Assembly: GCA_963766175.1 (NCBI GenBank)
Contig: CAVXZE010000001.1
Coordinates: 257,555-321,554 of the forward strand
DNA: 64,000 nucleotides
Reading direction: 5' to 3'
Source of the DNA: an uncultured delta proteobacterium
Lineage (GTDB): Bacteria > Myxococcota_A > UBA9160 > UBA6930
The notes under the pieces were generated by a model, which searched no databases, was not told where the DNA came from, and saw only the letters and a program-made list of their open reading frames with translations. Position 1 is the stretch's first letter, and the number at the start of each line of letters is the position of its first letter. Made by a program: the position numbers and the translations under genes. Positions 18,483-29,790 of the stretch are shown here, in pieces.

Positions 18483-19931
18483 ATGAACATCGCTCCGCTC
18501 AAGCGAGAGATCGATCAGATCGCCAAGGACAAAGGCATCGACCGGGACACCATCATCGGTGCTCTCGAAGAGGCGATGCGTCAGGCGGCGCGGAAGAAGT
18601 TCGGCCTGGAACGGGAAATCGAGGCGCGCTTCAACACCGAGACCGGTGAGATCGAGCTTTTCGAGTTCCGCGAGGTCGTGGAGGAGACCGCGGACGAAAC
18701 GATTCAGATAGCCTTGACCGAGGCGCGCGAATACGATCCGGAGGCCCAGATCGGCGACGAGATCGGCGTCAAGCTCGATACCACCGGATTCGGCCGGATC
18801 CTCGCCCAGACCGCCAAGCAGGTGATCATCCAGCGCGTTCGCGACGCCGAGCGGGACATCGTCTACGACGAGTACAAGGACCGCAAGGGAGAGGTCCTGA
18901 ACGGAATCGTCCGCCGCTTCGAAAAGGGATCGATCATCGTGGATCTCGGGCGCGCCGAGGCGATTCTCCCGCCCAAGGAGCAGGTGCCGCGGGAGAACTA
19001 CCGGCCGGGAGATCGGATTCGAGCCTACGTTCTCGATGTGAACCACGCTTCCAAGGGCGCTCAGATCATCCTCTCGCGGGCGTGCATGGAAATGCTGACG
19101 AAGCTCTTTGCCCAGGAGGTGCCGGAAATCTACGAAGGCATCGTGACCATCGAGTCCGCGGCGCGGGAGCCCGGCGGTCGCTCCAAGATCGCGGTGGCGT
19201 CCCGGGACGGCGACGTGGATCCGGTGGGAGCCTGCGTGGGCATGAAGGGAAGCCGGGTTCAGGCCGTGGTCCAGGAGCTTCGAGGGGAGCGCATCGACAT
19301 CGTTCCCTGGAGCCCCGACCCGGCCCGATACGTGTGCAGCGCACTGTCGCCGGCACAGGTCTCCAAGGTGATCATCGACGAGGGAGAGAACTCGATGGAC
19401 GTGATCGTCCCCGATGACCAACTCTCTCTCGCGATCGGACGAAAGGGGCAGAACGTTCGCCTCGCCGTCCAGCTCACCGGCTGGCGGATCGACATCAAGA
19501 GTGAAGCCAAGATGCGAGAAGCCGCGCGCTGGTTCGCCGAGGCCGTCTCCATCGTCGAGGGTTGCGGGGAGCCCGAGGCCGAGCTCCTGCTCCAGCGCGG
19601 GATCACCTCGCTGGAAGATCTGGCAGACTGCGAGTCGGAACTGCTGGCTTCGCTGCCCGGAATCGACGAGGCCGGCGCCGAGGCGATCAAGCAGCGGGCC
19701 GCTGAGCTCGCGGTCGAGAAGGCGGAGGAGGCGGCGCGGGCCGCGGCCGAGGCGGCTGCGGCGGAAGCGGCTGCGGCGGAAGCGGCTGCGGCGGAAGCGG
19801 CTGCGGCGGAAGCAGCGGCTGCGTCCGAGACAGCCGCGGAAGAGGTGGCGACCGAAGACCAGGCGGCGGAGACGGAGTCGGCCGATCCCGTGCCTGCCGA
19901 TCAGCCCATCCCGGATGGGGAGCGGAGTTAA
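18483..19931 (+). CDS. nusA: Transcription termination/antitermination factor NusA with Ala/Glu-rich C-terminal tail
   Basis: 482 aa. S1 and KH regions are present ([42 protein letters not shown]). Confidence 0.95.
   Translation: MNIAPLKREIDQIAKDKGIDRDTIIGALEEAMRQAARKKFGLEREIEARFNTETGEIELFEFREVVEETADETIQIALTEAREYDPEAQIGDEIGVKLDTTGFGRILAQTAKQVIIQRVRDAERDIVYDEYKDRKGEVLNGIVRRFEKGSIIVDLGRAEAILPPKEQVPRENYRPGDRIRAYVLDVNHASKGAQIILSRACMEMLTKLFAQEVPEIYEGIVTIESAAREPGGRSKIAVASRDGDVDPVGACVGMKGSRVQAVVQELRGERIDIVPWSPDPARYVCSALSPAQVSKVIIDEGENSMDVIVPDDQLSLAIGRKGQNVRLAVQLTGWRIDIKSEAKMREAARWFAEAVSIVEGCGEPEAELLLQRGITSLEDLADCESELLASLPGIDEAGAEAIKQRAAELAVEKAEEAARAAAEAAAAEAAAAEAAAAEAAAAEAAAASETAAEEVATEDQAAETESADPVPADQPIPDGERS
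19752..19811 (+). repeat. 15-bp tandem repeat x4 (gcggctgcggcggaa; AAAAE) within nusA
   Basis: Four perfect consecutive units, read directly from the sequence, in-frame. Confidence 0.9.
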
Positions 19932-19940
19932 GCGGCGCGA

Positions 19941-22445
19941 ATGGCAAACGTCAGGGCCTACAAGATCGCGGAAGAGCTCGGCATCGATCGGGTCGAGTTC
20001 GTCGAGAGGGCGCGCGCGATCGGCGTCGAGCTCAAGAGCGCGATGGCCTCCGTCGACGACGAGGAGGCTGCGCTGCTTCGCGAGAAGCTCGGAGTGAAGC
20101 TTCGCCAGGGACCCGTGACCGAGGCGCGTGTCACCCGCAAGGGGGCCAGTGCGGTGATTCGCCGGCGCAAGCGGGTGGCCCCGGAGCCCGAGCCGGAGCC
20201 TCCGGCTCCGGTGGAGCCCGAGGTCCCCGCAGAGGTGCAAGTCGAGCCTCCGGCTCCGGTGGAGCCCGAGGTCCCCGCAGAGGTGCAAGTCGAGCCGCTG
20301 GCCCCGGAAGAGCCCGCACCGGTGGCGCCCACGATCGCGGAGCCCGAGCCGGAGCTCCCCGTGCAGGTCCCGCTGGCAGCGGCTCCAGAAGCTCCGGCGC
20401 CCGTCGCGGCCCGCAGCGAGACTGGCGCGCCCGTGCGTGCCAAGCCGGGTCCGCCGCCCCCGGAGGGCGTCCGTCCGCCCCAGGAGGCGCCGGAGCGCAA
20501 GGGGCGACAGCGCCAGCAGTTCCGGGAAGTCGTGAACCTCCGCGAGCAGGAGCAGATCGCGCGGCAGGTCACGAGTCGGACGACCGGTCGGCCCCAGGTC
20601 ACGATGGATCCGCGAGCCTTCACATCGCCGCGACGCCGGCGAAGGGATGCCGTATCCAAGAAGCCGGCAGTCGCTGCGCCCAAGGCGCAAAAGCGCGTCG
20701 TTCGCGTCGAGGGCGACATCAGTGTGGCCGAGCTCGCCAGGCAGCTCGGCTCCAAGGCGGCGGAGGTCCAGGGCAAGCTCATGGCGCTCGGCACGATGGT
20801 GTCGATCCACCAGATCGTGCCCCTGGAGACCGCCGAGCAGGTCGCGAAAGAGTTCGGCTACGAGGTCCAGGACGTGGGCTTTCAGGAGGCCGAGTACCTG
20901 GCGGGCTCCGACGACGCATCCGAGCAGGAGAGTCTCCAGCCGCGCCCCGCGGTCGTCACTGTGATGGGTCACGTCGACCACGGCAAGACATCGCTCCTCG
21001 ACGCCCTGCGCCAGACCGACGTCGTGGCCAGCGAGGCCGGAGGCATCACGCAGCACATCGGCGCCTACCAGGTCACCGTCGATGACCACACACTCACCTT
21101 CATCGACACACCGGGTCACGCCGCCTTCACCGCCATGCGGGCCCGCGGCGCGCAGGTCACCGACCTGGTGGTTCTGGTGATTGCGGTGAGCGAGGGCATC
21201 ATGCCCCAGACCGTCGAAGCGATCGATCACGCCAAGGCCGCGGGAGTGCCGATCGTGGTGGCCTTGAACAAGTGCGATCTCCCCGACGCCAATCCGCAGA
21301 TCACGCGGCAGCGGCTGATGGAGCACGGCCTGGTCACGGAGGACTTCGGGGGCGACGTGCTCGCCGTGGAGGTCTCGGCGATCAAGAAGACCGGCCTCGA
21401 CAAGCTTCTCGAGGCGGTGGCCCTCCAGGCGGAGCTCAACGAGCCCAAAGCCGACCCGAACCGTCGTGCGGAGGGTGTGGTGCTGGAGTCACAGCTCGAC
21501 AGGGGTCGCGGCCCGGTGGCGACGGTCCTGGTGAAGGAGGGAACGCTGCGGCGCGGCGACGCGGTCGTGATGGGAACGATCTACGGGCGCGTTCGCACCA
21601 TGTTGGACGAGCACGGCAAGGTCGTGAAGGAGGCCGGCCCCTCGGTTCCCGTGCAGGTCGTCGGATTCTCGGGTCTCCCCGAGGCGGGCGACCTCCTGAA
21701 CGTCGTCGAGAGTGAGCGCATCGCCAAGGACATCGCCACCCACCGCGGGAGCAAGCTCCGCGGCCGGATGCAGGCGCCCAAGCCGCGGGTCACTCTCGAG
21801 GATCTCTTCGCAGAGGCCGGCGGGAGCGGCGTCAAGGAGCTCAACGTCATCGTCAAGGCCGACACCCAGGGTTCCGCCGAGGCGCTGCGCGATTCGCTCC
21901 TGCAGCTGCCCACGGACAAGGTGAAGTTGAGCGTGATCCACACCGCGGTGGGTGCGGTCACCGAGAGTGACGTGCAGCTCGCCGCGGCCAGCGCCGCCAT
22001 CGTGGTGGGCTTCCACGTCCGGCCCGATCCCAGCACGCGAATGGCCGCCGAGAGCCAGGGCGTCGACGTCCGCCTCTACCAGGTCATCTACGAAGTGATC
22101 GATGAGATTCGCGCCGCCATGGTGGGTCTGCTCCCGCCGACCGTGAAGGAGCTGGTCGTCGGGCAGGCCGAGGTGCGGAAGACCTTCACGATCCCCAGGA
22201 TCGGCACCATCGGGGGCTGCTACGTGACCGACGGCACGATGCGACGCAACCTCGGTTGTCGGCTGGTTCGCGACGGTGTTCAGGTCTACCAGGGCAAGTT
22301 CGGATCACTGAAGCGCTTCAAGGAAGACGTCCGCGAGGTCCAGTCGGGTTTCGAGTGCGGCATTGGCATCGAAGGCTTCAACGACTTGAAGATCGGTGAC
22401 GTGATCGAGAGTTTCGAGCACGAGGAACAGCCGGCCGAGCTCTGA
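19941..22445 (+). CDS. infB: Translation initiation factor IF-2
   Basis: 834 aa. GTPase motifs [19 protein letters not shown] and NKCD, with a Pro/Glu/Ala-rich N-terminal region. Confidence 0.96.
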   Translation: MANVRAYKIAEELGIDRVEFVERARAIGVELKSAMASVDDEEAALLREKLGVKLRQGPVTEARVTRKGASAVIRRRKRVAPEPEPEPPAPVEPEVPAEVQVEPPAPVEPEVPAEVQVEPLAPEEPAPVAPTIAEPEPELPVQVPLAAAPEAPAPVAARSETGAPVRAKPGPPPPEGVRPPQEAPERKGRQRQQFREVVNLREQEQIARQVTSRTTGRPQVTMDPRAFTSPRRRRRDAVSKKPAVAAPKAQKRVVRVEGDISVAELARQLGSKAAEVQGKLMALGTMVSIHQIVPLETAEQVAKEFGYEVQDVGFQEAEYLAGSDDASEQESLQPRPAVVTVMGHVDHGKTSLLDALRQTDVVASEAGGITQHIGAYQVTVDDHTLTFIDTPGHAAFTAMRARGAQVTDLVVLVIAVSEGIMPQTVEAIDHAKAAGVPIVVALNKCDLPDANPQITRQRLMEHGLVTEDFGGDVLAVEVSAIKKTGLDKLLEAVALQAELNEPKADPNRRAEGVVLESQLDRGRGPVATVLVKEGTLRRGDAVVMGTIYGRVRTMLDEHGKVVKEAGPSVPVQVVGFSGLPEAGDLLNVVESERIAKDIATHRGSKLRGRMQAPKPRVTLEDLFAEAGGSGVKELNVIVKADTQGSAEALRDSLLQLPTDKVKLSVIHTAVGAVTESDVQLAAASAAIVVGFHVRPDPSTRMAAESQGVDVRLYQVIYEVIDEIRAAMVGLLPPTVKELVVGQAEVRKTFTIPRIGTIGGCYVTDGTMRRNLGCRLVRDGVQVYQGKFGSLKRFKEDVREVQSGFECGIGIEGFNDLKIGDVIESFEHEEQPAEL
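20196..20291 (+). repeat. 48-bp perfect tandem duplication ([16 protein letters not shown] x2) in the infB N-terminal region
   Basis: Units 20196-20243 and 20244-20291 are identical. A degenerate third unit follows. Confidence 0.9.
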
Positions 22446-22726
22446 TGGTGATCGGGGCAGCCCGCGTCGAGTTGCATGTTCACGGCTCCCAGTCCCTCAA
22501 ACAGAAGAGAGGCGTGGTGCGCGCGATCAGCCAGCGGGTGCGGAATCGCTTCAACGTCGCCGTCGCGGAGGTGGGTGGGCAGGGAACCTGGCAGTGCGTC
22601 GTTCTCGGGATCTGTACCGTTTCCGGTGACGGCCAGAGCGCGCGAAGAAGGCTCGAGAAGACGATTGATTTCATCGAGGACCTGCATCTGGCCGAGGTGA
22701 CCGGCCAGGAAGTGGAAATCCTATGA
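22445..22726 (+). CDS. DUF503 (YlxP-like) protein
   Basis: 93 aa in the conserved position between infB and rbfA. The sequence ARVELHVHGSQSLKQKRGVVRAI is typical of DUF503. Start and stop overlap both neighbouring genes. Confidence 0.8.
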   Translation: MVIGAARVELHVHGSQSLKQKRGVVRAISQRVRNRFNVAVAEVGGQGTWQCVVLGICTVSGDGQSARRRLEKTIDFIEDLHLAEVTGQEVEIL

Positions 22727-23079
22727 GTCGCCGTACCGAACGGATTGGTGAGCAGATCCGGGCCGAGCTGGCGCGACTGCTGCACGAAGAGATTACCGAT
22801 CCGCGCATCGGTTTCGTGACCCTGACCCAGGTGGATGTCGCTCCGGATCTCTCCAACGCGCGCGTCTACTGGAGCGCGGTGAAGTCGAAGGATTCCGATG
22901 ATCTATCCAGCAGCGAGGCGGGGCTCGAGAGCGCCGCTGGATTTCTGCGCCATCGGCTCGCCCGGGTCCTCGGCTTGAAGAGGGTTCCCGAACTTCGCTT
23001 CCGCTACGACGCCTCTCTGGCGCAGGGTGACGCCACCCTCTCTCTGTTGCGAGAGATCCAAGATGGCGCGCAGAAGTAG
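22723..23079 (+). CDS. rbfA: Ribosome-binding factor A
   Basis: 118 aa. RTERIGEQIRAELARLLHEEITDPRIGFVTLT is a typical RbfA N-terminus. Confidence 0.9.
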   Translation: MSRRTERIGEQIRAELARLLHEEITDPRIGFVTLTQVDVAPDLSNARVYWSAVKSKDSDDLSSSEAGLESAAGFLRHRLARVLGLKRVPELRFRYDASLAQGDATLSLLREIQDGAQK

Positions 23080-24022
23080 CCGGAAGCGCAGCGATCCGCC
23101 CGGTCCCAGCGGCTTCCTCGTCGTCGACAAGCCGGTGGGCTGGACTTCTCACGAAGTCGTCGATGCCGCTCGTCGCTGGTTCGGGATCCGCCGGGTAGGG
23201 CATCTCGGCACTCTCGATCCGCTGGCGACGGGGCTGCTTCCGCTCGCCATCCGCGAGGCGACGAAGCTGGCGCCCTTCGTCGCCCAGGGCTCCAGGGTCT
23301 ACGTGGGGAGCATTCGACTCGGTGTCGCTACGGATACCTTCGACGCCGAGGGCCGGGTGCTGTACCGACACGACGGTCCCCTTCCCTCCGAGGAGATGGT
23401 CCGGGAGGCACTGGCGGGTTTTCTCGGCGAGACCCTGCAGATCCCGCCCATGTTCAGCTCCGTCAAGAAGGGCGGGGTGCCCCTGTATCGTCTGGCCCGC
23501 CGGGGCGAGGAGGTGGAGCGCGCCCCGCGCCCGATACGGATCGAATCCCTGGAGATGCATCACTATGTGCCACCCGAGATCGGAATCGAGATCGCCTGCT
23601 CCCCGGGCACCTACGTTCGGACGCTGGCCTCGGATCTGGGTGAGCAGCTGGGCTGCGGCGCGCACCTGTCCGGGCTCCGGCGCACTTCCAGCGGGCCCTT
23701 TCTCCTGGATCAGGCGGCCTCGGTGGAGGATCTCGAAGCGGCGGCGGGGCGGGGGGACTGCGAGAGCTGGCTGATCGCCCCGGAACGGGCCCTCGGTCTC
23801 CCCGTGGTGGCGCTCCGGGTGGACCAGGCCCGGCGTATCACCCATGGCGGTGACATTCCCGTCGCCGAGGCCTCCGGTCCCTTCGAGTCGGGTACGCCAC
23901 CGCGTCCCGGCGACAGATTGGCTGCTCTGGCCCCCTCGGGTACACTGCTAGCGGTGATGGAGCTTCGCCCGGATCGGCTACTGCACCCGCTTCGGGTGCT
24001 GGCGGCGTCGGGGCGGCTTTGA
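23063..24022 (+). CDS. truB: tRNA pseudouridine-55 synthase
   Basis: [17 protein letters not shown] and [14 protein letters not shown] (catalytic Asp) motifs. ATG 23063 was chosen inside ORF 23027-24022. Confidence 0.9.
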   Translation: MARRSSRKRSDPPGPSGFLVVDKPVGWTSHEVVDAARRWFGIRRVGHLGTLDPLATGLLPLAIREATKLAPFVAQGSRVYVGSIRLGVATDTFDAEGRVLYRHDGPLPSEEMVREALAGFLGETLQIPPMFSSVKKGGVPLYRLARRGEEVERAPRPIRIESLEMHHYVPPEIGIEIACSPGTYVRTLASDLGEQLGCGAHLSGLRRTSSGPFLLDQAASVEDLEAAAGRGDCESWLIAPERALGLPVVALRVDQARRITHGGDIPVAEASGPFESGTPPRPGDRLAALAPSGTLLAVMELRPDRLLHPLRVLAASGRL

Positions 24023-24122
24023 TAAACCTTGCGGCCACTTACAGCGATCTCATGCTCTGCGTCGGGTCACCCGAGGAACTTTGAGCCGATGCGATTCGAG
24101 AAGCGCGAAGGGACACACGACC

Positions 24123-24389
24123 TTGATTGCCGCTGAACGCAAGCGAGAGGTCATCCAGAACTTCCGGACCCACGAGACGGATACCGGCTCGCCGGAGGTC
24201 CAGGTCGCGATCTTGACCGAACGGATCAACGAACTCACCGAGCATTTCAAGACGCACAAGAAGGATCATCACTCGCGTCGTGGCCTGCTCAAGCTGGTGA
24301 GCCAGCGGCGAAGGCTGCTGAATTATCTCCGGGGTTACGACTCCGGGCGTTACCAGGCCCTGATCAAGCAGTTGGGTCTGCGCCGCTAG
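24123..24389 (+). CDS. rpsO: 30S ribosomal protein S15
   Basis: [59 protein letters not shown] start at 24123 gives the canonical 88 aa; the ORF is open from 24081. Confidence 0.93.
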   Translation: MIAAERKREVIQNFRTHETDTGSPEVQVAILTERINELTEHFKTHKKDHHSRRGLLKLVSQRRRLLNYLRGYDSGRYQALIKQLGLRR

Positions 24390-24632
24390 AAGGAGAGAGC
24401 GGCACCCCGCCTGAGGGACAGGCGGACTTACCTGAAAGCACCTGATAGAGGTGGGCGCGCGGGTCGCGCCGACGCGGAATGTGGGAGTCCGTGATTCGCG
24501 AAGCCGGATCCTGCCAGCCATCTTCGCCGATCCCAGATCCCGCATTCCGTCTCCCCTCGATCCCCGTAATCCACCGCCTCATGACTCCGAAGCCCGATCT
24601 CCACGATCGGGACGGGGAGGAGACTATTTTTC

Positions 24633-26816
24633 ATGCCCTATTGGTTTGAACCCACCACCGTGTCCACCCAGATCGGCGGCCGTACGCTGTCGATCGAGAC
24701 CGGCCGCGTGGCCAAGCAGGCGGCCGGGGCCGCCGTCGTGAGCTACGGCGACACCGTCGTGCTCGTCGCCGCAACATCCGGCACGCCGCGGGAAGGAATC
24801 GATTTCTTTCCCCTTACCGTGGATTTCGTGGAGAAGACCTCCGCGGCCGGCAAGATTCCCGGGGGCTTCTTCAAGCGCGAGGGGCGGCTGGCGGATCGCG
24901 AGATCATCGTCTGTCGCTTCATCGACCGCTCCATTCGCCCGCTCTTTGCCGACGGCTACAAAGACGAGACCCAGATTCTCGCGACCGTGCTCGCCGCCGA
25001 CGGCGCCACCCATCCGGACATTCCCGCCTTGATCGGCGCCTCTGCGGCGCTCGGCATCTCCGATCTTCCGTTTCTGGGGCCGATTGCGGCCGTGCGGGTC
25101 GGGAAGCTCGAGGGCGAGCTCGTGGTCAACCCCGAGAATGCCCAGCTGGCGGAATCCGAGATGGACCTGATCGTCGCGGGAAGCCGGGACGCGCTGGTGA
25201 TGGTCGAGGGAAGCGCCAAGGAGGCGACGGAGGCGGACGTGCTCGCGGCTCTCCAGTTCGCCCACCAACAGATCCAGCCCCTGATCGACATCCAGGCTGA
25301 TCTGGCGGCGAAGGTCGGAAGACCCAAGCGCGAGATCCCGGCTCCGGAGACCCGCACCGAGCTCGACGCGCAGGTGCGACACGCGGCCGAGGCGGATCTC
25401 CGCGAGGCCGTGGCGATTCGAGCCAAGGCCGAGCGCTACGACAGGGTCGCCGCCGTCGAGAAGGCCGTGGTGAACCGGTTCAGAGACGAGTACCGGAAGC
25501 AGAAGGTGGCGCTCGACTCCCTGGAGGCCGTCGAGGAACGCCAGGCAGGGCTCCGCAAGCTCCTCGCCGACGTGAAGGGGAGTCTCCACGACCTGCGTTC
25601 CCAGCTGGTGCGCGAAAAGATTCTCACCGACGGGGTCCGGATCGACGGACGTTCACCCAAGGACATCCGGCAGATCGCCTGTGAGGTGCGGGCGGTGCCG
25701 CGCGCTCACGGCGCGGCGCTCTTCACCCGGGGCGAAACCCAGGCCCTGGTCTATACCACGCTCGGCAGCTCCGCCGATGCCCAGACCATCGATGCCCTCA
25801 CCGAGCGCTCCAGCAAGCACTTCATGCTCCACTACAATTTCCCGCCCTTCTCGGTGGGCGAGGCGAGGTTCTTGCGCGGTCCGTCGCGCCGCGACGTCGG
25901 CCACGGAAACCTCGCCGAACGCGCGGTCCAGGCGGTGCTGCCTCCCCAGGAGGACTTCCCCTACACGGTTCGCGTGGTGTCCGAGGTGCTCGAGTCGAAC
26001 GGTTCCTCGTCCATGGCGACCGTCTGCGGTGCGACCCTGTCCTTGATGGACGCCGGCGTCGAGCTGAAGGCGCCGGTGGCTGGAATCGCCATGGGGCTGA
26101 TCGAAGACGGAGAGCGCCACGCGATACTCTCGGACATCCTCGGCGACGAGGACCACCTCGGCGACATGGACTTCAAGGTCGCCGGTAGCCGCGAGGGCAT
26201 CACCGCCCTCCAGATGGACATCAAGATCGAGAGTGTCGACTGGAAGGTGATGGAGGAGGCCCTCGAGCAGGCTCGCGAGGGCCGCATCCACATCCTCGAT
26301 TGCATGGAGTCCGAGACCCAGGCGGAGCTCCAGGGATTCAAGGCACGGGTCGACCTCTCGAAGTGGGCTCCGCGTCTCGAGGTGATCCGCATCAAGCCGG
26401 ACCGGATCCGTGACATCATCGGGCCCGGTGGGCGCGTCATCCGCGGTATCCAGGAGATGAGCGGCGCCAAGATCGACGTCGACGACAATGGCGAGGTGGG
26501 AATCTTCGCGCCGGACCTCGAATCCCTGGAACGGGCCCGAGCGATGGTGGACGAACTCACCCAGGACGCCGAGATCGACAAGATCTATCTGGGCAAGGTC
26601 AAGCGGATCACCGATTTCGGCGCCTTCGTCGAGATCTTCCCGGGAACCGACGGGCTGATCCACATCAGTCACCTCGCCGAGGGCCGGGTGGATTCGGTGA
26701 CCGATGTCCTGGCCGAGGGCGACGAGGTTCTCGCCAAGTGCATCGACATCGACCCGAGCGGCAGGATCCGCCTCTCCCGCAAGGAGGCGCTGGCCGACGC
26801 CATCGCCCAGGACTGA
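24633..26816 (+). CDS. pnp: Polyribonucleotide nucleotidyltransferase (PNPase)
   Basis: 727 aa with two RNase PH domains plus KH and S1 (GKVKRITDFGAFVEI). It follows rpsO after a structured 243-nt leader. Confidence 0.96.
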   Translation: MPYWFEPTTVSTQIGGRTLSIETGRVAKQAAGAAVVSYGDTVVLVAATSGTPREGIDFFPLTVDFVEKTSAAGKIPGGFFKREGRLADREIIVCRFIDRSIRPLFADGYKDETQILATVLAADGATHPDIPALIGASAALGISDLPFLGPIAAVRVGKLEGELVVNPENAQLAESEMDLIVAGSRDALVMVEGSAKEATEADVLAALQFAHQQIQPLIDIQADLAAKVGRPKREIPAPETRTELDAQVRHAAEADLREAVAIRAKAERYDRVAAVEKAVVNRFRDEYRKQKVALDSLEAVEERQAGLRKLLADVKGSLHDLRSQLVREKILTDGVRIDGRSPKDIRQIACEVRAVPRAHGAALFTRGETQALVYTTLGSSADAQTIDALTERSSKHFMLHYNFPPFSVGEARFLRGPSRRDVGHGNLAERAVQAVLPPQEDFPYTVRVVSEVLESNGSSSMATVCGATLSLMDAGVELKAPVAGIAMGLIEDGERHAILSDILGDEDHLGDMDFKVAGSREGITALQMDIKIESVDWKVMEEALEQAREGRIHILDCMESETQAELQGFKARVDLSKWAPRLEVIRIKPDRIRDIIGPGGRVIRGIQEMSGAKIDVDDNGEVGIFAPDLESLERARAMVDELTQDAEIDKIYLGKVKRITDFGAFVEIFPGTDGLIHISHLAEGRVDSVTDVLAEGDEVLAKCIDIDPSGRIRLSRKEALADAIAQD

Positions 26817-26820
26817 GGTC

Positions 26821-27267
26821 GTGGCGGTTCGGGTCGCGATCGCTCGCCTTCCGGGCGCCGGGGATCTACCGCTTCCGACCTACGCGACCGAGGGGTCGGC
26901 GGGCTGCGATCTCCACGCGTCGGTCGAGGGCGAGCGGGTGCTGGCGCCCGGGGAGCGGGGCCTGATCGGGACCGGGCTGAGGATCGCCCTGCCACCGGGC
27001 TACGAGGCGCAGGTGCGGCCGCGCAGCGGGCTGGCCCTCGAGCACGGCCTGATGCTCCCAAACGCCCCCGGTACGGTAGACTCGGACTACCGCGGAGAGC
27101 TGAAGGTCATCGTCTGGAATTCGGGCACCGAGCCCTACGTCATCCGGCGGGGCGATCGCATCGCCCAGCTCGTCGTCGCACCGGTGACGCAGGTCGAGTG
27201 GGACGAGCAGCCGGATCTCGAGGCGACACGCCGGGGTCCCGGCGGTTTCGGGCACACGGGGGACTGA
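26821..27267 (+). CDS. dut: dUTP diphosphatase
   Basis: GSAGCDLHA, RPRSGLA and GTVDSDYRGEL motifs. The GTG at 26821 lies 4 nt after the pnp stop; the ORF-maximal start at 26704 overlaps pnp. Confidence 0.92.
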   Translation: MAVRVAIARLPGAGDLPLPTYATEGSAGCDLHASVEGERVLAPGERGLIGTGLRIALPPGYEAQVRPRSGLALEHGLMLPNAPGTVDSDYRGELKVIVWNSGTEPYVIRRGDRIAQLVVAPVTQVEWDEQPDLEATRRGPGGFGHTGD

Positions 27268-27270
27268 AGG

Positions 27271-28242
27271 TTGACGGAAACGACGCCCGCCCGCGAGGAG
27301 CCGATTCACCCGAAGCCCTCGACGCCCATCGAACAGCGGCGCCCCAGGTGGGTTGCCACCAATCTGCAGCTTCGTCTGTTGACTGCGGCCGTGCTGATTC
27401 CGTCGGTCACCTACATGATCTTCAAGGGTGGCTACTGGGTGCTCGCCACCGTCGTGGTCGTCACGGCGGTGGGGCTGAGCGAGTTCTATCAGCTGATCGA
27501 AGCGAAGGGCGCCCATCCGCTCCGCGGCTTCGGAATCATCGCCGGCGCCTCTCTGCCGGTGGTGGCCTTCGTGGGGAGCGAGTACCACGCCACCATCCTG
27601 ATGAGCGCCGTCCTGCTCGGCGTGATGGTCGCCCAGCTCGGCAAGGCGCGGATCGCCGACTCGCTCGCCAGCATTTCCGGCACCTTCTTCGGCGTCTTCT
27701 ACGTGGGCTGGCTGCTCTCGCATGCGGTCGTTCTTCGCGACTTCCACCGGGTGGTGGAGGGGAAGTGGGGGGAGATCGCGGCGGCCGGAATGCTCCCCGA
27801 GATCGGAATCTTCTATCTGCTATTCAGCATCGCCATCGTGATCGGGGGCGATGCCGGCGCCTACTTCGCCGGGCGCGCCTACGGGAGACACAAGCTCGCG
27901 CCCAAGATCAGTCCGGCGAAGACGGTGGAGGGGGCCATTGGAGCTGTGATCGCGGGGATTGGCGTCGGCCTCGCCTGCAAGGCGATCTTCGAGGTATTGA
28001 TTCCCGGTGTGACCGCCCCGATCAGCTGGGTGGTCTGCGGGGTGCTCGCGACGATCCTCGCCGTGGTCGGGATCATCGGAGACCTGGTGGAGTCGCTCCT
28101 CAAGCGCGACGCCGCCGTCAAGGATACGGGTATGCTGCTGCCGGGGACCGGCGGTGTTCTCGACCGGATCGACTCCAGTCTCCTCGCGATTCCCGTGATG
28201 TACTATCTGATGCTCGCCTACACCTACTTCTGGGTCGGCTAG
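27271..28242 (+). CDS. cdsA: Phosphatidate cytidylyltransferase
   Basis: Polytopic membrane protein carrying the CdsA signature GDLVESLLKRDAAVKDTGMLLPGTGGVLDRIDS. Confidence 0.87.
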   Translation: MTETTPAREEPIHPKPSTPIEQRRPRWVATNLQLRLLTAAVLIPSVTYMIFKGGYWVLATVVVVTAVGLSEFYQLIEAKGAHPLRGFGIIAGASLPVVAFVGSEYHATILMSAVLLGVMVAQLGKARIADSLASISGTFFGVFYVGWLLSHAVVLRDFHRVVEGKWGEIAAAGMLPEIGIFYLLFSIAIVIGGDAGAYFAGRAYGRHKLAPKISPAKTVEGAIGAVIAGIGVGLACKAIFEVLIPGVTAPISWVVCGVLATILAVVGIIGDLVESLLKRDAAVKDTGMLLPGTGGVLDRIDSSLLAIPVMYYLMLAYTYFWVG

Positions 28243-28263
28243 CGCACGGATCGGAGTCCGCCG

Positions 28264-29790
28264 ATGAGCCGAAGCCATTCACGATCGCTATCGAGGCAGG
28301 CGGAAGCACTGCGTGACCTGGCTCGCGAGCGCGACGGGGATCGGATCAAGGACGAGTGCGGAGTTTTCGGCATCCACGGGCACCCTGAGGCCGCGAAAAT
28401 TGCCTACCTGGGCCTCTACGCGCTCCAGCACCGGGGGCAGGAGAGCGCCGGAATCTGCGCCACTCAGGGTGGTGAGCACACCGTTCACCGCGCCATGGGT
28501 CTCGTCTCGGAAGTGTTCAACGAGAGGAATCTCGCCAAGCTTCCCGGCCGTCACGCGATCGGCCACGTTCGCTATTCCACCTCCGGGGGGAGTCTGCTCC
28601 GAAACGCCCAGCCCTTCTGCGCCAACACGGACGCCGGCCCGGTCGCCCTCGCCCACAACGGAAACCTGGTGAACGCCGGGGCGGTTCGCAAAGAGCTCGA
28701 AGGCCGCGGCGCGATCTTCAGCACCAGCTGCGACAGCGAGGTGATGGTGCACCTGCTGGCGCGCTCCCGTGAGGCGAGTCTGGAGGAGCGACTGATCGAT
28801 GCGCTCTCCCGGGTCAAGGGCGGCTTCGCCGTGGTCATGCTCAGTCACGACTCCCTGGTCGCGGCGCGCGATCCGAACGGCTTTCGGCCCCTGGTCCTGG
28901 GCCGCCTCGACGGGAGCTGGGTGGTCGCTAGCGAGACCTGCGCCCTGGATCTGATCGACGGCAGGGTCGAGCGGCATCTGGATCCCGGCGAGGTGGTAGT
29001 GATCCGGCGCGGACGGCTGCGCTCGCTGCGTCCCTTCCCGAAACCCGAGCGGGAATCGTTCTGCATCTTCGAGTACATCTACTTCGCGCGGCCCGATTCG
29101 AATCTGCCCGGCGGGAACGTCTATGCCTTTCGCAAGGACCTCGGCCGCGCGCTCGCCCGGGAGCATCCGGTCGAAGCGGACATGGTGGTGCCGTTGCTCG
29201 ATTCCGGAAGCGCGGCGGCGCTGGGCTACGCGGAGGAATCGGGGATTCCCTTCGAGACGGCCATCATTCGCAACCACTTCGTCGGGCGTACCTTCATCGA
29301 GCCGACCCAGTCGATTCGCGACTTCGGTGTGAAGATCAAGCACAATGCGGTGCGCGGGATTCTCGGTGGCAAGCGGGTGGTGCTGGTGGACGACTCCATC
29401 GTGCGCGGAACCACTTTGCTGAAGATCTCGGGGATGATTCGCAACGCCGGTGCGCGGGAGGTCCACATCCGCATCTCGGCTCCACCGACGATTGGATCCT
29501 GTCACTACGGCATCGACATGCCCACCCGCAGCGAACTCATCGCCTATCGCCTTTCGGTCGAGGAAATCCGCGAGAGCATCGGAGCCGATTCCCTCGGCTA
29601 TCTCTCCCTGGAGGGACTCCATAGGGTCTCCGAGCAGCTCAAACACGGTCATTGCGATGCCTGCTTCTCGGCTGAGTACCCCGTGCGGATCGATCTGGCG
29701 GAGTCTGCGCCCCAGCTCTCCCTCTTCCACCTGGTCGGCGAGCACGACGACGAGGAGGCCGAGGTGGACGGATCGGTGCCGGACGCGTGA
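28264..29790 (+). CDS. purF: Amidophosphoribosyltransferase
   Basis: Propeptide followed by CGVFGIHG (Cys1), the PRPP loop VVLVDDSIVRGTT, and Fe-S Cys residues (SCHYGIDMP, GHCDACF). Confidence 0.95.
   Translation: MSRSHSRSLSRQAEALRDLARERDGDRIKDECGVFGIHGHPEAAKIAYLGLYALQHRGQESAGICATQGGEHTVHRAMGLVSEVFNERNLAKLPGRHAIGHVRYSTSGGSLLRNAQPFCANTDAGPVALAHNGNLVNAGAVRKELEGRGAIFSTSCDSEVMVHLLARSREASLEERLIDALSRVKGGFAVVMLSHDSLVAARDPNGFRPLVLGRLDGSWVVASETCALDLIDGRVERHLDPGEVVVIRRGRLRSLRPFPKPERESFCIFEYIYFARPDSNLPGGNVYAFRKDLGRALAREHPVEADMVVPLLDSGSAAALGYAEESGIPFETAIIRNHFVGRTFIEPTQSIRDFGVKIKHNAVRGILGGKRVVLVDDSIVRGTTLLKISGMIRNAGAREVHIRISAPPTIGSCHYGIDMPTRSELIAYRLSVEEIRESIGADSLGYLSLEGLHRVSEQLKHGHCDACFSAEYPVRIDLAESAPQLSLFHLVGEHDDEEAEVDGSVPDA

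Noticed and set aside
19752-19811. Short regular repeats in nusA as a possible CRISPR-like array
   Set aside because: The units are 15 bp, contiguous with no spacers, in-frame, and encode an Ala/Glu linker. No CRISPR repeat-spacer structure occurs anywhere in the window.
17427-21326. 1299-aa minus-strand ORF across rimP-nusA-infB
   Set aside because: It is the shadow frame of highly conserved plus-strand genes, with low-complexity Arg/Gly/Leu/Pro composition.
24406-24425. Hairpin after rpsO as an intrinsic terminator
   Set aside because: It has a 7-bp stem (ccgcctg/caggcgg) but no U-tract. It more likely belongs to the structured rpsO-pnp leader than acts as a terminator, so it was not listed as a feature.
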